From positions 230,702,001 through 230,766,000 of the forward strand of contig OZ024741.1 in assembly GCA_964016885.1 (NCBI GenBank): DNA of 64,000 nt, given 5' to 3'. The DNA comes from Eledone cirrhosa (Eukaryota). The position numbers and the translations under genes were made by a program. The notes under the pieces are model-generated. The model was not told the DNA's origin. It made no database searches and worked only from the letters and a program-made list of their open reading frames with translations. Positions 29,450-43,300 of this stretch are shown here, piece by piece (position 1 is the first letter of the stretch; every line of letters begins with the position of its first letter).

Positions 29450-32400
29450 TATATATATACGTACAGATAAAAACACAAACATGCGTACGTACATACAAAA
29501 AACACGCATACGTACACACGATACACATATATATACATACATGTACATCTAATCACACGCACGCAGGCGACCATATATATATATAAAAGTATGTAAAAAA
29601 ATTAGATGTAAAAGTACACATATACACATACACGCGCACATACGAATGCATTCGTATACGTATACAAACACGTATACACATATATGCACACATACATGCA
29701 TACATACATATATAAAAACCAGCCGTATGAATAAATGGGTACAAATTATACGCAAGTAAACATACATAACAGCGACTGAGGGACAACAGAATATAGCTGG
29801 AGTTGAAAGCACAAGTGACATGATATATCAGGCAGTGAAAGAAAAGGGGGAAGTAAAATATGTAAAATTGTGAAGATATAAAGTAAGTGAATCAAAAAGC
29901 AGTGGGGGATGGGGGTCACTAGTGGATGTGAAGAAAAAATAAAATTAAAAATAAACGTAAAAGTATATCATAAAGAGGAGTCTGTAAAGAAGGGTAAGTT
30001 AAGGAAAGTGAAGAACAAGAGTTTATGGAGGATAAGTATCTGAAAGTGAGTTAAGTTTATATGAGCTGGAAAGCAAGTGTGATTTCATATGTGGACAACT
30101 GGTGAAAATATCTGTATTTGCATTTAGGCATGTTTTTGGTGATTAAAGGTTCTGTAAAATCCAACACTTTTCACTTATGCAGAGTGCGCATCTTCTTGTT
30201 CCTCTTGCATATTCTTTAGATTGGTTCAAATTTAACCAATCTAATTTATATTGGATACCTTGGTGTTTCAAATCCCATATTCTGCTAGCCAGAGATGTTG
30301 TAAATTTTTTTTCAGGATGTCGGAAAGATGCGACATGTGAGTAATAACGCGTTTTGAATTTGTCTTGTGTCATACCCATATATCGTTCGCTGGTGGCTGC
30401 TAGGTTATTGCTGGTGGTTGTCACTTTAGCTCCATATACAGTGGCTTTGGTGTTGCATTTACCTTGTAATGAGAATTCACTTTTGACGCTAAAGGAGCAA
30501 TTTTGATGTTCTCTAGGTATTTTCTTATTGAGGATATAAGATTTTAATAGGGGGCCTGCAGGAGTAGCTGATTCTGACACAGTTTCTATTGAAGATCTTT
30601 GAGTATCTATGTGTTCTAGGGAAATGTTTATCTAAGAGCACTAGGAATGTTTTGCCTACATTTGTTTTAACTGCTAAAGAGTAGGGGTGTGTGAACCAGA
30701 TTATTTTTCTTTTCCTATTATTATGTTTAAAGGAGTTAGTATTGTTGGGTATGTACTTAATCGGTTCGCTAAATCCACCATTTTGAAGGGCTTTATTATA
30801 GTAGGTGATGCCTTATTGAAAATAGCTTCTGAGGAAGAGAGGGTGGAGATCCTACGGCTAACATTAGGGATAAGATTTTTGAAAACTATAGGAGGATGGC
30901 AAGAGCCTTTATTTATATATTTTAAATTTTCATTAGGTTTATGGTACGGTTTATAAGAAACAGTAGACAGATCTAGGTTTATATCTAGAAAATTAACATT
31001 AGAAAGGTTAGTGTCAATGGTAATTTTAAGATTAAAACTAGCGAAGGTTTTTATTAAGTCTTTCCTGAATCTATCTAAGTTATGGCCTATAGTGGTATGG
31101 GAAAGTATTAGACCATCGTCACGATAAAGCCCAAAGGTAGGTTAAGGAATTTCTCTTTAAGTGTGTGTAGGAGGACTAGGCCGACTAAATCACACACGTC
31201 AGAACTGTCTACAGAACCCATTGAGACATCGAATGGGTTCTCTGGGTTAGGTTTTTTCCCCAAGTGTCATTATTAGTAAACAGTAAAGTGTTTCTAGCAT
31301 GCACAATGACATTTTCTTCAATATCAGAAATATTGATACACTTTCTAGCGAAATTTAATGCTTTCGTTAAAAGAGGGTGAGTAATAGACGGGTAGAAGTC
31401 TATAGTGTCAAATTGGGTGAATCTAGAACTATTTTTATCATTGATATTATTAAACCAATGTACTACAGAAGAGCTATTTATCCATTGGACTAATTCATAC
31501 TTACTTCTAATATGTTTGTTTATATTATTTAATATTGTTTTGTTAGCAAGGCCGATTTCAGTCTTAACGGGGTTGATTAATCTACAACTAGGGCGATTAA
31601 TAAAATCAGGTTTGATATAGGCATATATCACCAATATATAATGCCTATATCACCAAATCTTTGAGGGTGATATAGGCATTACGTTTAGCAAGTTTTTCTT
31701 TTCAATGGTCTATTTAAAAAAAACTAGCTAATTCTTTGGCTTCCTTGTTAATAGTATTATAGGTGTTTATATTAGCTATTTGGTATTTAGAGGTGATGTT
31801 ATCTGTTAAGAGTTGATCATGTAAGTTATTATTAACTTCGTATAAGTTTGTAGTTTTATCAGAGAAAATGAACTTATTTTTAGAAGATCTGAATTTTTGA
31901 ACCGCGTTATTCAAAGCACGTTAGTACTCACAAGTCGCATTGTTCCAACATTCTGAAAAAAAATTGACAACAGCTCTGGCTAGCAGAATATGGGATTTGA
32001 TAGACCAAGGTATCCAATATAAATTAGATTGGTGAATATTGAACCAATCTAAAGAATATGCAAGAGGAACAAGAAGATGCGCACTCTGCATAAGTGAAAA
32101 GAATTGGATTTTACAGAACCTTAAATCACCAAAACCCTGCCTAAATGCAAAAGCAGATATTTTCACCAGTTGCCCATACATGAAATCACACTTGCTTTTC
32201 AGCTCATATAAACTTAACTCACTTTCAGATACTTATCCTCCATAAACTCTTGTTCTTCACTTTCCTTAACTTACCTTCTTTACAGACTTCTCTTTCTGAT
32301 TTACTTTTACTTTTATTTTTAATTTTATTTTTACTTAACATCGACTAGTGACCACCCCCTGCTTTTTGATTCACTTACTTTATATCTTCACAATTTTACA

Positions 32401-32683
32401 TATTTTACTTCCCCCGTTTCGTTCACTACCTGATATAACATATCACTTGTATTTTCAACTCCAGATATATTCTGTTGTCCCTCAGCCGCTTTTATGTATG
32501 TTTACTTGCGTATAATTTGTACCCATTTATTCATACGGCTGGTTTTTATATATGCATGTATGCGTGTATGTATGCATATATGTGTATACCTGTTTTTATA
32601 TGTATACGAATGCATTCGTATATGCGCGTGTATGTGTATATGTGTGTGTGTATGTGTGCTTTTACATCTATGTTTTTTACATA

Positions 32684-32741
<58 letters not shown>

Positions 32742-33038
32742 AAATCGGAATTAAGAGTATTCCGCAGTTCACAGTAATAATAATATGTATCAGCAAACTT
32801 ATAGTTATAAGGTTGGTAATTTAAAACTCTAATTCAGAGACTTGATTCTGACTTGGTTTTTTTCTTTTTAATTGCTAAACCTGTAGATATTGTTCTTTAT
32901 ACAGTAACGGTAAAACTCACGTGTAATAATTCTTTACACACTTCTCACTGTGTAAAAAACTACTTTTTGTGTAACATACTTGCATTTGAGCTCAGAAGAA
33001 AATTTTCTATTTTTCTTTGAGCTAATATTATTATTATT

Positions 33039-33227
33039 AGGCGGTGGATTGGCAGTATTGGTAGAGGGTCGGACGCCATGCTTTGACGTATAGAGTTACG
33101 GCCCTTGCCATTCTGAGTTCAAATCCCGCCGAGGTTAACTTTGCCTTTCATCCTTACGGGGTCGATAAAATAAAGTTACCAGTAATACACTGGATAATTG
33201 CTGGCCTTGTGTCTGACGTAGAAACAA
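33039..33227 (+). mobile_element. tRNA-derived SINE inserted at (ATT)n inside the family F element
   Basis: same sequence as the 25.2-kb SINEs. Confidence 0.9.
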
Positions 33228-33438
33228 GAATACTCTTAATTCCGATATCTGTATACTTAACGAGCTCCAAATTGTTGAGCTAATAAATTCGAGTGGTTGG
33301 GCTGCCCTCTCTAGCATTTTCCCCAATCCATGAGAGCCGTTATTTGAACACGTGATTTCGCCCTACTCTGGGCAGCGTGTATATTAGCTTTCTCTGTATC
33401 CATGAGGTTAGATGTGACGTGAACAGAATCTACATTTT

Positions 33439-33507
33439 CTAACTGAGGATCCTGTGGCCTGTTATACTGCACATGTCGGTGGTGAAACGAACGAGATTCG
33501 TATCAGC
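33439..33507 (+). ncRNA. hammerhead ribozyme, family F (partly decayed stems I and II)
   Basis: CTGAGGA 33443-33449; GAAACGAA-cgaga-TTCGTA with 5-bp stem III; GUA at 33500-33502. Confidence 0.72.
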
Positions 33508-33704
33508 AAACTTTAAGTTATAAGGTTAGTAATTTAAAACTCTAATTCAGAGATTTGAATCTGACTTGTTTTTTCTTTTGTATTTAATTGCTAAACCTGT
33601 AGATATTGTTCTCTATACAGTAACGGTAAAACTCACGTGTAATAATTATTTACACACTTCTCAATGTGTAACATACTTCTTTTTGTGTAATATATTTATA
33701 TATT

Positions 33705-33789
<85 letters not shown>

Positions 33790-33956
33790 ACATATATATA
33801 TATATTTTTTTATAATATATTTGTATATATATATATATATATATGGTCGCGTGCGTGCGTGTGATTAGATGTAGATGTATGTATATATATGTGTATCGTG
33901 TGTACGTATGCGTGATTTTGTATGTATGTACGCATGTATGTGTTTTTGTCCGTACG

Positions 33957-34066
<110 letters not shown>

Positions 34067-34689
34067 CTACGAACTTTGGCATGTTTTCTACTTTTTATTT
34101 ATTTTTTCTAGTGTTACTTTATAATTGATAACTCCTCCCTCTTACTTTCTCTTTGAATTAATTTTTATTCTTATATATTATTTCATTAATTTTTCATATT
34201 TTATATTTTTATATCTGTATCGACCTTCAGTCTGACACTGCTTTGACTGATACACTCCTTTCCCTGTATATATCACATACATGTATGTGGTTGCGTGTGT
34301 GTGTATGTTTATACGCGTGCGTCCTTTCATCCTTGTATGTGTATATATTTCAATTCTTAGTCTCTGAGTCTGTATGTACACTAACTCTATTATCTTACAA
34401 TTCCTTTTCAACATATATTATTTACGTATTTGTGGTCACATATACAATGATATGCTTGCCCTTATGTATGTACTTACGCACACATTTTTTTCACTATACA
34501 CAGCAATTGTACATACACACATATGTACATTTGTAGGTGCATATTCACACATTTATACACATACCCTTACTATATTTACTTATTTTACTTTTATATATCT
34601 CTTGCATTACTTTTATTTATATATTTTGTTGTCCGTTAAACTTTTGCCTCTCTTGAGGAGATTTTTCAAATATTTCACTTTTTTTTAAA

Positions 34690-34763
34690 TTGCCTTGTCC
34701 GACGAACGAATGCGGACGTTTTTTCTATTCGTTTTATTCGGGAAACCTCTGGTAATGAGGTAA
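34690..34763 (+). ncRNA. hammerhead ribozyme, family A, CCGACGA core variant
   Basis: same fold as 28677-28750 with CCGACGA. Confidence 0.7.
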
Positions 34764-34865
34764 TTATATTGTATTGTTTATTATACATTAAATTTAGCTC
34801 TGTAACTAACAGCGAGCACTCTTCACTCCTATGAATTTTTCAATTCTCAACGGAATCTTCAATAC

Positions 34866-34927
<62 letters not shown>

Positions 34928-35524
34928 TCTCTTTGATCAGATATAAAGCTCAAGCGTTTGGTGAGGCTTCTTTTATTGATACTGATCCCGTTGCTTTGCT
35001 CTCCTTTTGTATTGTTCATCACATTATTTTCGTGGTATGTGTTCTTTTTCTTTTATTACTATCATTTTTGTAACTAACACTTGACTTTGCATGAGTCTGA
35101 GGTTTAACTATATAGGCAATATTATTATTTATTTTTTAATCTTTATATGAAGGCAATACACCTCAGTAGATTTCAGAAATGAGAGTAAAACTCTTTCTGT
35201 GACTAAAACGAGCTAATTCTTAAGAACACTTTAAATCAATTCCATTGATAAGGCTTAATTGTAATCAAAGGTTATGTTAACAAACACTAATTCATAAAAC
35301 CATGCAGTGGGACCGATATCAGGACATCATGACAGGGAATTAATATTTGCAGCAATTCGTCCATGCTGCGCTCATTGACCCATACACTTAACTTGAATTC
35401 CTAAGTTTTAAAATTAGAACGATATATATAGGAATACATATTTTCCCTTTTAAGTTCCTTGGTGAAAATTAATTGCCACTTAAGTTTTAATCTATTTCAT
35501 TAGAGTAAAGTCTATACATATTTA

Positions 35525-37688
35525 CTTTTACTTACTTAAATATGGAATGCCCCCCCCCCCTCCTACACACACATACAACCCCGGACAGGATGGAGATGGC
35601 GTTTCCCCGGAGGACGGCAAGGGAGATGCGCTGGAGAAGCGACTCCAACTCGCGGGGTTCACACATGCGGCTGGCCAGCTCAGTGCCTATGGTGGTGAGT
35701 AGTGACGTAGCCCTAGGGCCGAGGGCACCAGTAGTCTCCACTGCCAGGGGTACAATTGCAAACCTGTCGGAGAGCGACCGGTCTTTCAGGTGTTTGACCT
35801 CCTCAGCCCGACGTGCAGCAGAACGTGGGTTAGTCGCAGACTGCACCAGGTTGCGGCTGCAGAAAGTGTCGGTACAAGTAGCATCCCAGACGAGGGGTTT
35901 GCCACCGCGGAACGAGGAGATGGTCATGCCATCTGGCCTTTTGCCGTACCCTCCTTCCAGCTCCACCGGCTCGAGTGGAAAGGCAAGCCCACAGCATCCA
36001 AGCCATGCTTTATGACCTCATTGAGGGCAGCATGGCGTGGAAGGCGGCCGGCACTGTGGCGACAGGAAAGCGGGTGGAGGCCGAAAGACTTCACGGTGGA
36101 TCTGCAGCGACATTGGTGTGACTCGCAGGCCGAGCCTCAAGGAAACGCCGATGCGCAGGCTATTGTTGTCTAGCTGCGTGCCAGTGGGGTTTGGAGGCCG
36201 CACGAAATCAGGCAAGGCGATGCTGATCGAGCTGGCGCGTGAGCCTGTCTGAGGCCAGGTTGCACTGGATGGCATCCCAAGTTTTTTTTGGGGGGACTTG
36301 ACGTGAACAGGAGGAGAAGGAGGAGGAAAGTCTACTGGGCTAAGTCATAGCCGGTCCCACGTCTCACAGGCGGCATCACGTTCTCTGAACACAGAGGGTT
36401 CTATTGTGTTTTGAAGAACCCTGCTCATGAGGACGCGGCACAGAGTTTACTGACTAAAGATACGCCGACAATGCCAGCGAGAGCGGGGACCGGGGGCCAA
36501 GGCCGCCATATCTGACAGGTAAAGTGGCATGTTGCCATCCAATGACGTCAAACTTGACGTTGCATATCTCCTCGCCTGCTGCTCGGATACAAGTATCGAG
36601 GTCAGCGAGGAGAGATGTGTGGGTGTAGCACGGAGCACTGCGAAGGGTATAGAGGAGCTTCGGCATGGCGAAGCAGTTCCTCAACAGAAAGAGAGCTGGG
36701 TGGCCGTCGATCAAGCCCAGTCGGCTCGTGAGAGTCTGGAGTTGTTGAAACCTGGACCTGATAGTGGGGCGGATGGCCGATGGGTGGATCAGTGACCCGA
36801 TGATGAGGACATCCTCTTTGGGGGTCACCTGTACCTGGTGGAGAATGGACCGCACGTTCGAGACGGAAGCTGGAAAGCTCTCAGCGTCGTGGCTGACATT
36901 CACCACATCCGACTTGGCTGAGCTGATCTGGCGGCCGATTCCCGCCAGGGCAGGAACCACCGATTGTAGGTCATGGCAGACAGTCTGTACAGGCCCGGCC
37001 AACGTTGTATCATCCAGATACCAAACGTTGAGAGAGGGCGTGATACTCCGGGAGATTGGTCTATACCAAGAGCAAAGAGGAGGAGTCCCAAAGGGTCGCC
37101 CTTTTGTACCCCAGTAACCGAAGGTATGACCGTATCAGCAGCAAGGAGCATCCTTGGGGCACAATACGACAGGTAGGTTAGCGGGTAGGCAGAACGGGCT
37201 GGGCTGAGGTAGACATTGAGCAGATGGTCCCGGCGTAAGCAGTTGAAGGCACTCCTCATGTCAAGCTTGACAATGAGGTGCCTGGAGTCCCTGTATGCTG
37301 GTTCCGGTGGGCAGCTGTTGAAGAACTGCCTGGTTGCATCTGCTGCGTCCCAATAGCTACCGGACACGCCGAGACCAAGTTGCACCGTACTGAACTCCTC
37401 ACCCAGTTCGGGTGTTATCGACCTGCAGACCACCTTGGCAGCCAGCCTCCGGAAGACATTGTCCACAGCCATGGGGCGTTTGCCAACCTCTTTCTTCCTG
37501 GCCGAAAAAAAGAGGCCTCAGCGTGAGGTTCCAGGGTGCCATGGATGAGCCTATTGGTGAGCGCCACAATTGCACTCAGAAGGCGGTGCCCGGCCACAAC
37601 GGCGAGGGAGAGATAGCAACTCCTTGAAGTGGCCTGGCAGAGACCATCAGAACCTCCGCTGCTGCTAGCTAGGAAGGACTTAACCAGG
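35525..37688 (-). mobile_element. CRE-like non-LTR retrotransposon (RT + restriction-like endonuclease), decayed
   Basis: RRLAAK, VQLGLGV, KLDMRSAFN, GVQKGDPLG, WYLDD; RLE KRPDG..VWDATC..AEEVK..PLAVETTG..QRISLAVLRGNA. Confidence 0.88.
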
Positions 37689-38398
37689 GAATTTTGTTAG
37701 ATTTCTTTACTTGACACCGACTCAGTATTTGTCTTGATGTTGAAACGATGGCTAAAATATTTGCCTCAAAGGTACTTGAACGCAGAGACATCACTCAAAA
37801 AGCTATAAACTTTAAATTATCTAACTATATAAGAAGATAAACAATTGTTAATATAGTTAGAAATGTCAATGGTGTGAATGTGTTCGAGTTTAACAGCACT
37901 GTTTATATATATGTTCTGTAGGCGTATTGCTTATAATAAATATTTCTTACATAGCTAACCTCATATAAACTAACATGACATATTTATTAAGAAATGTAAT
38001 CAATGTGCACTATATTAATGTTAATTAATCTACCGATGATGTAGTTGCGAGAAAAAACAAAATATTGTTTACAATAAATATTTGTAACTAGGTCCATGCT
38101 TTCAACAATTTAAGAACGAAGAATTATTACTACGTTATTAAATTTTATATTAATTATTTAATTAGCATTTGCAAAAGGAATATTGAAAATATATTTACAT
38201 TAACTGTTACAATATACCTAGTTATTTACTTATTTATACAACATAATCCTCCTCAGTTTTACATATTTTGATCCAAACGGAAGCTTCTTGCACACGATAC
38301 CATGATCGTACTACCATATATAAGAGATAAAGTAAGCAAGATATGTTTCTATTATGTTACATAATGGTTGTTAATAACATATTTATATGATGTTTCAG

Positions 38399-38476
38399 GA
38401 AGAAAATACGAGGAAAATCAAAGCAAGCTATTGAATGATGACACTCTGGAAATGCCGGGAAGTAGACGCATTGAAG
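38399..38476 (+). CDS. candidate 78-nt internal exon of an unidentified host gene
   Basis: tgtttcag| acceptor, AAG|gtatt donor, symmetric phase 1, open frame GRKYEENQSKLLNDDTLEMPGSRRIE, GC-richer than flanks, non-repetitive context. Confidence 0.3.
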
Positions 38477-38919
38477 GTATTCCGAAAGATACGCGTGCGT
38501 TGATTTTTAGTGACTCCGCATTTTTTAAATTTGTTTTTTTTTTTGTGACACAATGATAGTCGCAAAAACCAAATAAATAATTGTTTAGTCTCTATTATGG
38601 TGCATTTTATACATTTTATATGATTTCTCAAAATGAATGACGATTGATAAACATATTAGATAATAAAGACACCAACCTATGGAATTGAGTGAGGTCGGCA
38701 TTATATTGAGGAACTGCCATACGTTGGTATAATTTTGTGGGATGACACACAATATTGCGTACACACACACACGCACATACAATTATGCATACACCTATAA
38801 TCGTGTGTGCATATATATATGGAGACGGTAGCAATTGACAGGAGCTGCTGGAAGGAATTTGAGTACTCTACCCCCAAGATTCTCTTAGGAAAAAGTGAGC
38901 AACAAAGAAGTAAAGCAAA

Positions 38920-41900
38920 GGCTTACGTGGACGGAGAAAAAGAAGACGTTCGATGGTCGCTCATGGAACAAATAAAATGACGGGTGCCCTGATCTCTGAG
39001 ATAAATGACCTGCCCGATATGATTTCCTCCCGAAAAGAGTGGATAGTTGATTTTCGACGATGACTGGAGTTTCGTTCACCACTAAGCCTCTATAGAACCC
39101 CAAGGTAGAGTTTCCACCTATTACTACCCGATTGTTGGAGGGCTGTGATCGTTCACATTCAGTCTGTCTCCGCTTGAACCATGACTGAATCTCCATTAAA
39201 GAGATGAGCTGGGGAACATGCATTTTGGTGAACGGCATCCACACCTGTGCATGATTTCAAATCATCAGCCACATATTTCCAGTCTTCAACGTAGTGGGCG
39301 TTGACAGCAGATGGACTGCCTGAATATAAGAACGCATCCCTTCCACAATAAGCGGAAGAGCAAACGCTCCAGTGCAGTCACACAGGGTATAGGACAAGTC
39401 GCAGATGGTGAGTCGGTTATAGAAAACGGACGCGATGTACACGTTCGTCACCTCTGCGCTACTTTTCAGGGTCAACTTTCCATCAGCCCATTTCTGGGTG
39501 AGATTTTCCATTCTATTTGGTCACCACAAACCAGTTTTTCTCCGTGTTGCGATTCTGATCGATCTAGACCCCGGGCAATTCAACCTATCCGACTATTCAG
39601 CGCCCAAGGAGGAATGCTATTCATCTCCATGAGTGTGGTGCTCGACACTATAAAGATGACGTCGTTGGACTAAGTTGACAGATCTTCCATACTCTATTGC
39701 GCACGGGAATTGTCCTCAATATCCCTTTGGGATGTTGTGGGTCGAGAGACAATACATCCAACTGGGACAAGAGGTGTAGGCTTGATTGACCGAGCGCATA
39801 GTGTTGAACGAAATGTGATCATTCACTCTAACCATATAGCAGATCACGCTGTACATGGCAGTGATCAACCATCTGAAAACGGCCTTAAAACATGCTGCTT
39901 TGAGGACTGCAACCAATTGCATATGGTCGAGCCTATCGAATGCTTTCGATTGATCTGAGTTGATCGCTGTACCCCCTGCAAGTTTCTTGAGCCAAGCTCT
40001 ATATGATATATCGCATAAGGATGGGAGGGTGTCAGAGAGGGATCTCTTTGTAATGGCATATGTCTGCGCCTCCCCTGCCAAATCATCGACGACAAGTGCC
40101 AACCTCTTCGCTAGCAGTTTGGATAACATCTTGTACTCTACATTTAGTAGAGTTATGGCCTAAGATTATCGATAAAATCCCCTTTCTACGAATCCTTTCA
40201 CAGCAACACCATCGCTCCTCGAGTGACAGAATTGGGAAATTCTCCTGTTCTGCTGCCAGTTGCAGAAAACGTCCACCAAGATGTCACCGAGCAAGCCTTC
40301 CATGTGAACGCAAAACCCGTAGGGCAGACTCTAAAAATATGGTGATTTACGTCTCATGCAGCCGTTCATTTCCTCGCGTATATCAGTGGAAAATATTGGC
40401 GTTCCGCAACACTCCGTCTCCGTTGCCAATAGCAATGGTTTTCCGTCGAGATGAGAAATGAAATCTACCTCGGGATCCAGCGCGCCGCTGCTCACGAACT
40501 TTGGGAAAAATGTTGTTGAAAACGGTACATAGTGCTTCAGAGATCGGATTAAGGCGATCCACACCGCTCCTCGACCACTCATGCCCATTGAACGGCTTTC
40601 GTTCCTTTCTGTCTAAGAGCACATGCCTTAGATCTGACCAAACAGCCTTTTTGCTTAACATTGAGTATTTGTCAAGGGCCAATCTCGCCGCCCGAACGTC
40701 AGTTGCGAAGCCTTTGCTAATAGCCACTTTTTAACTAGTCTTATCTAATTTTCTCTAATGATAGGGCTTTGCTAAACATTAGCTACTCTACTAAAATCAC
40801 ACTTTTCAAAGCGTACCACCACTTGTTTTTTACGATTAACCCCGCCAACACCAACTTGACTAATTCACTAATGCGGTGTCTGCAGGCATTGCGCTTTGGT
40901 AGTGTGGCGTTCAGCTTGGAGTACCCGAGTCCTTGCGTATGGCACCTATCTAGATCTACTGCACATGTTATAACTTTGTGGTCTGTGTATTCGAATATTT
41001 TAAATTGGGGACAACCTATGCTGTTCTTGTCTACTTCCCTACAGAATACCCTATCTAGATATGATCTGGATGACTCGATTCGGTTTGTCCATGTCAACAT
41101 TGGCGCATTCGGGAAAACCAATCGTTACTTGTCAGGCAGTTGGAAGCGTCTGAGCAGGCTTTTACACGCCTCACTTATCCCCTATTACCCACTAGTCACA
41201 TACAGACACAGCGTGCATCTAAGATACTGTTCTATTAACCCACTAAGAATAAAGAGTGAGACGTTCCTAAACAGTTTTCCCAGCGTCAGAAGAAATCAGT
41301 TTGTCAAGCCCTGTCTAAGCATAGACGGCCACTTGCTTGAAGGCGTGCCCTACCCTGCTGGCCACGTTTTGTACCACAGACTAACCCTCAAGAGCCAGGA
41401 AGATAGTACGTTTTGCAAGATCCAGGTCTTTCCGGAACAACACGGGAAATTTGCATCCATATTCCGGATGGCTCAGAGATGTGTACACCGATGTGTTACC
41501 TGGGGCCTTGGAACAGGTGGTTTTGCTTCCAAGACGAGCCCAGGCCATGTGCATTGACACTGCCTAACCTGAGTGAGATCATGGTCGTCTAAGAGGAGGA
41601 GAAAGAGGGAAAGACCAGTTACCTTAGATTCTTTTTTTGTAAGGACTCTTATTTCGTCCTTCCGGTTGCTTGTAGTCTGTTTTTCGAATTGTTTGTATAG
41701 ATTCCTCCGGAGACCCTCGGACGTCTTCAAAAGAATGAGGGATTTTTGTGGTGTATGTATGTGTTTTGTGTGATTTGTATGATTTTTATATTTATATGTA
41801 GCGTGATTTGGGGGGTTTAATAAAATCGTTTTGCCTAATTGTGGTGTGGGTGCTTTAAGTAGTTTATTTGCGTTGTTACTGCATGATGCATATATAATTT

Positions 41901-42870
41901 TGTGGGTGTTGCAGTTGAGGTTTAGATTCTGTTGATGTATGTTTACAGTTGTGGTTCATGGTAGTGTCGTTGGCAGTGTAGGTGCGTGTGGTGGTGGTGT
42001 GAGATAAATATATATGTGCAATTGCTTTTTGCCTTCAGCTTTAACATTTGTTAGTCTCTTTCTCCCTCTCTTTTGCGGGTGAAGTCGAAGAGTTTTTTTC
42101 TTGTTTTCTGTTTCGTACAGCCTGTTTGGCATTTCCCGCCCGGTCTTCCCAGAAATTAAGTCTAAATGTGTGCCGCCGGGGAATAACATGTCTCTCAGTG
42201 GGTGTTGGTATTGTTGTTGCTTGTGTTGATGGCTCTGTTGGTGTTCGGCTTGATGGTGATGGTTATGGTGTTGCTGTTTTGTTTCATGGTGTTTATGCTA
42301 CTAGTGTTGATGTTGCTGTTACTTTTCTTGGTGATTTTGTATGGAGTTTTGTGGTATTACTTTTGGTGAGGTTTTTGGTAACGGCAGGTGTGGTGATTTT
42401 TTTCTTCTTTTTAGTGAAGATCTGAAATCTCATGTGTTTTGTGGTAAGTCAGATGTGACATCTGGCTTTCCTCCCTTTTTACTTGGACCGGTAAACTTCT
42501 ACGCCATGGAAGGTGTATTTGCTCGTGGAAAGCGTCTACATACCTTCATTTTGATAAGGATTTCGACTTCTATTCTCGACAACATATCTTTGTTAGACCT
42601 CGCGGATTTTCGAATTTTCCTCATTGTGTACTGTGCAGCTATTAGCGAAGGAATGTCTATCTCCAGCGATATTTGCGAAATTCTGATTCTAACCCGTATC
42701 ATTCAGCAGTAGAATGGAACGGTTTGGATCGCGTCTGTATGTACGGGCTTCACGAAGAGAGATCTTGGTTTTGGCTACGTAGCAAACATCACATCCACAG
42801 TGCTAAAAGCACTGTAAATTGTATGAAAGATGTTCAGTTCCATACAGAAATTAAAACGTTCAGATTTAGA
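38920..42870 (-). mobile_element. old Tx1-clade LINE copy A with ORF1-like region and decayed ORF2
   Basis: ORF1-like remnant with knuckle-like GRK.RCHI..T.HMR near 42.45 kb; APE (VAVYA, SYLDRVF, TDHK), RT (LAKRL, DQSKAFDR). Confidence 0.8.
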
Positions 42871-42907
42871 GCCACCATGGCGCGCTCTATTTTTTTAGTC
42901 ATTAATC

Positions 42908-43110
42908 CAATAATAATAATAATAATTGTTTCTACTTTTGGCACAAGGCCATAAATTACCCAGTGCATTACTGGTACTTTATTTTATCGACCCCGTAAGG
43001 ATGAAAGGTAAAGTTAACCTCGGCGGGATTTGAACTCAGATCATAAAGGGAGGTAACTCTATGCTACAAAGCATGGTGTCCGACCCTCTACCAATAGTGC
43101 CAACCCACAC
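42908..43110 (-). mobile_element. tRNA-derived SINE
   Basis: reverse complement of the 25.2-kb SINE with (ATT)n tail. Confidence 0.9.
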
Positions 43111-43300
43111 GTTAATTAGGGATTCGCCGAAGAGGTAAGTGTCTGTCTTTAACCCTTTCAACCTTGTCCACCACACAATCTCTTTCGCCATGGCCACCAG
43201 GCAGATGAAAACCGCCTGCCCTTCCTGCTCGAAGGAAGAGGGCGTGACCATCTGCACAATGGACTCAGTCGATAACCGGATCAGTCCAACGCGCGACAGC

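Larger units (their letters stand above)
32736..33695 (+). mobile_element. non-coding HHR-containing repeat (retrozyme-like or non-autonomous PLE, family F) inserted in (TA)n
   Basis: direct repeat 32787-32975 vs 33500-33690; HHR 33439-33507; short inverted 5' segment 32736-32786. Confidence 0.7.

Noticed and set aside
37701-37771. AG..GT-bounded open stretch as a possible exon
   Set aside because: Adjacent to a CRE junction, weak donor, and phase incompatible with the 38399 candidate.
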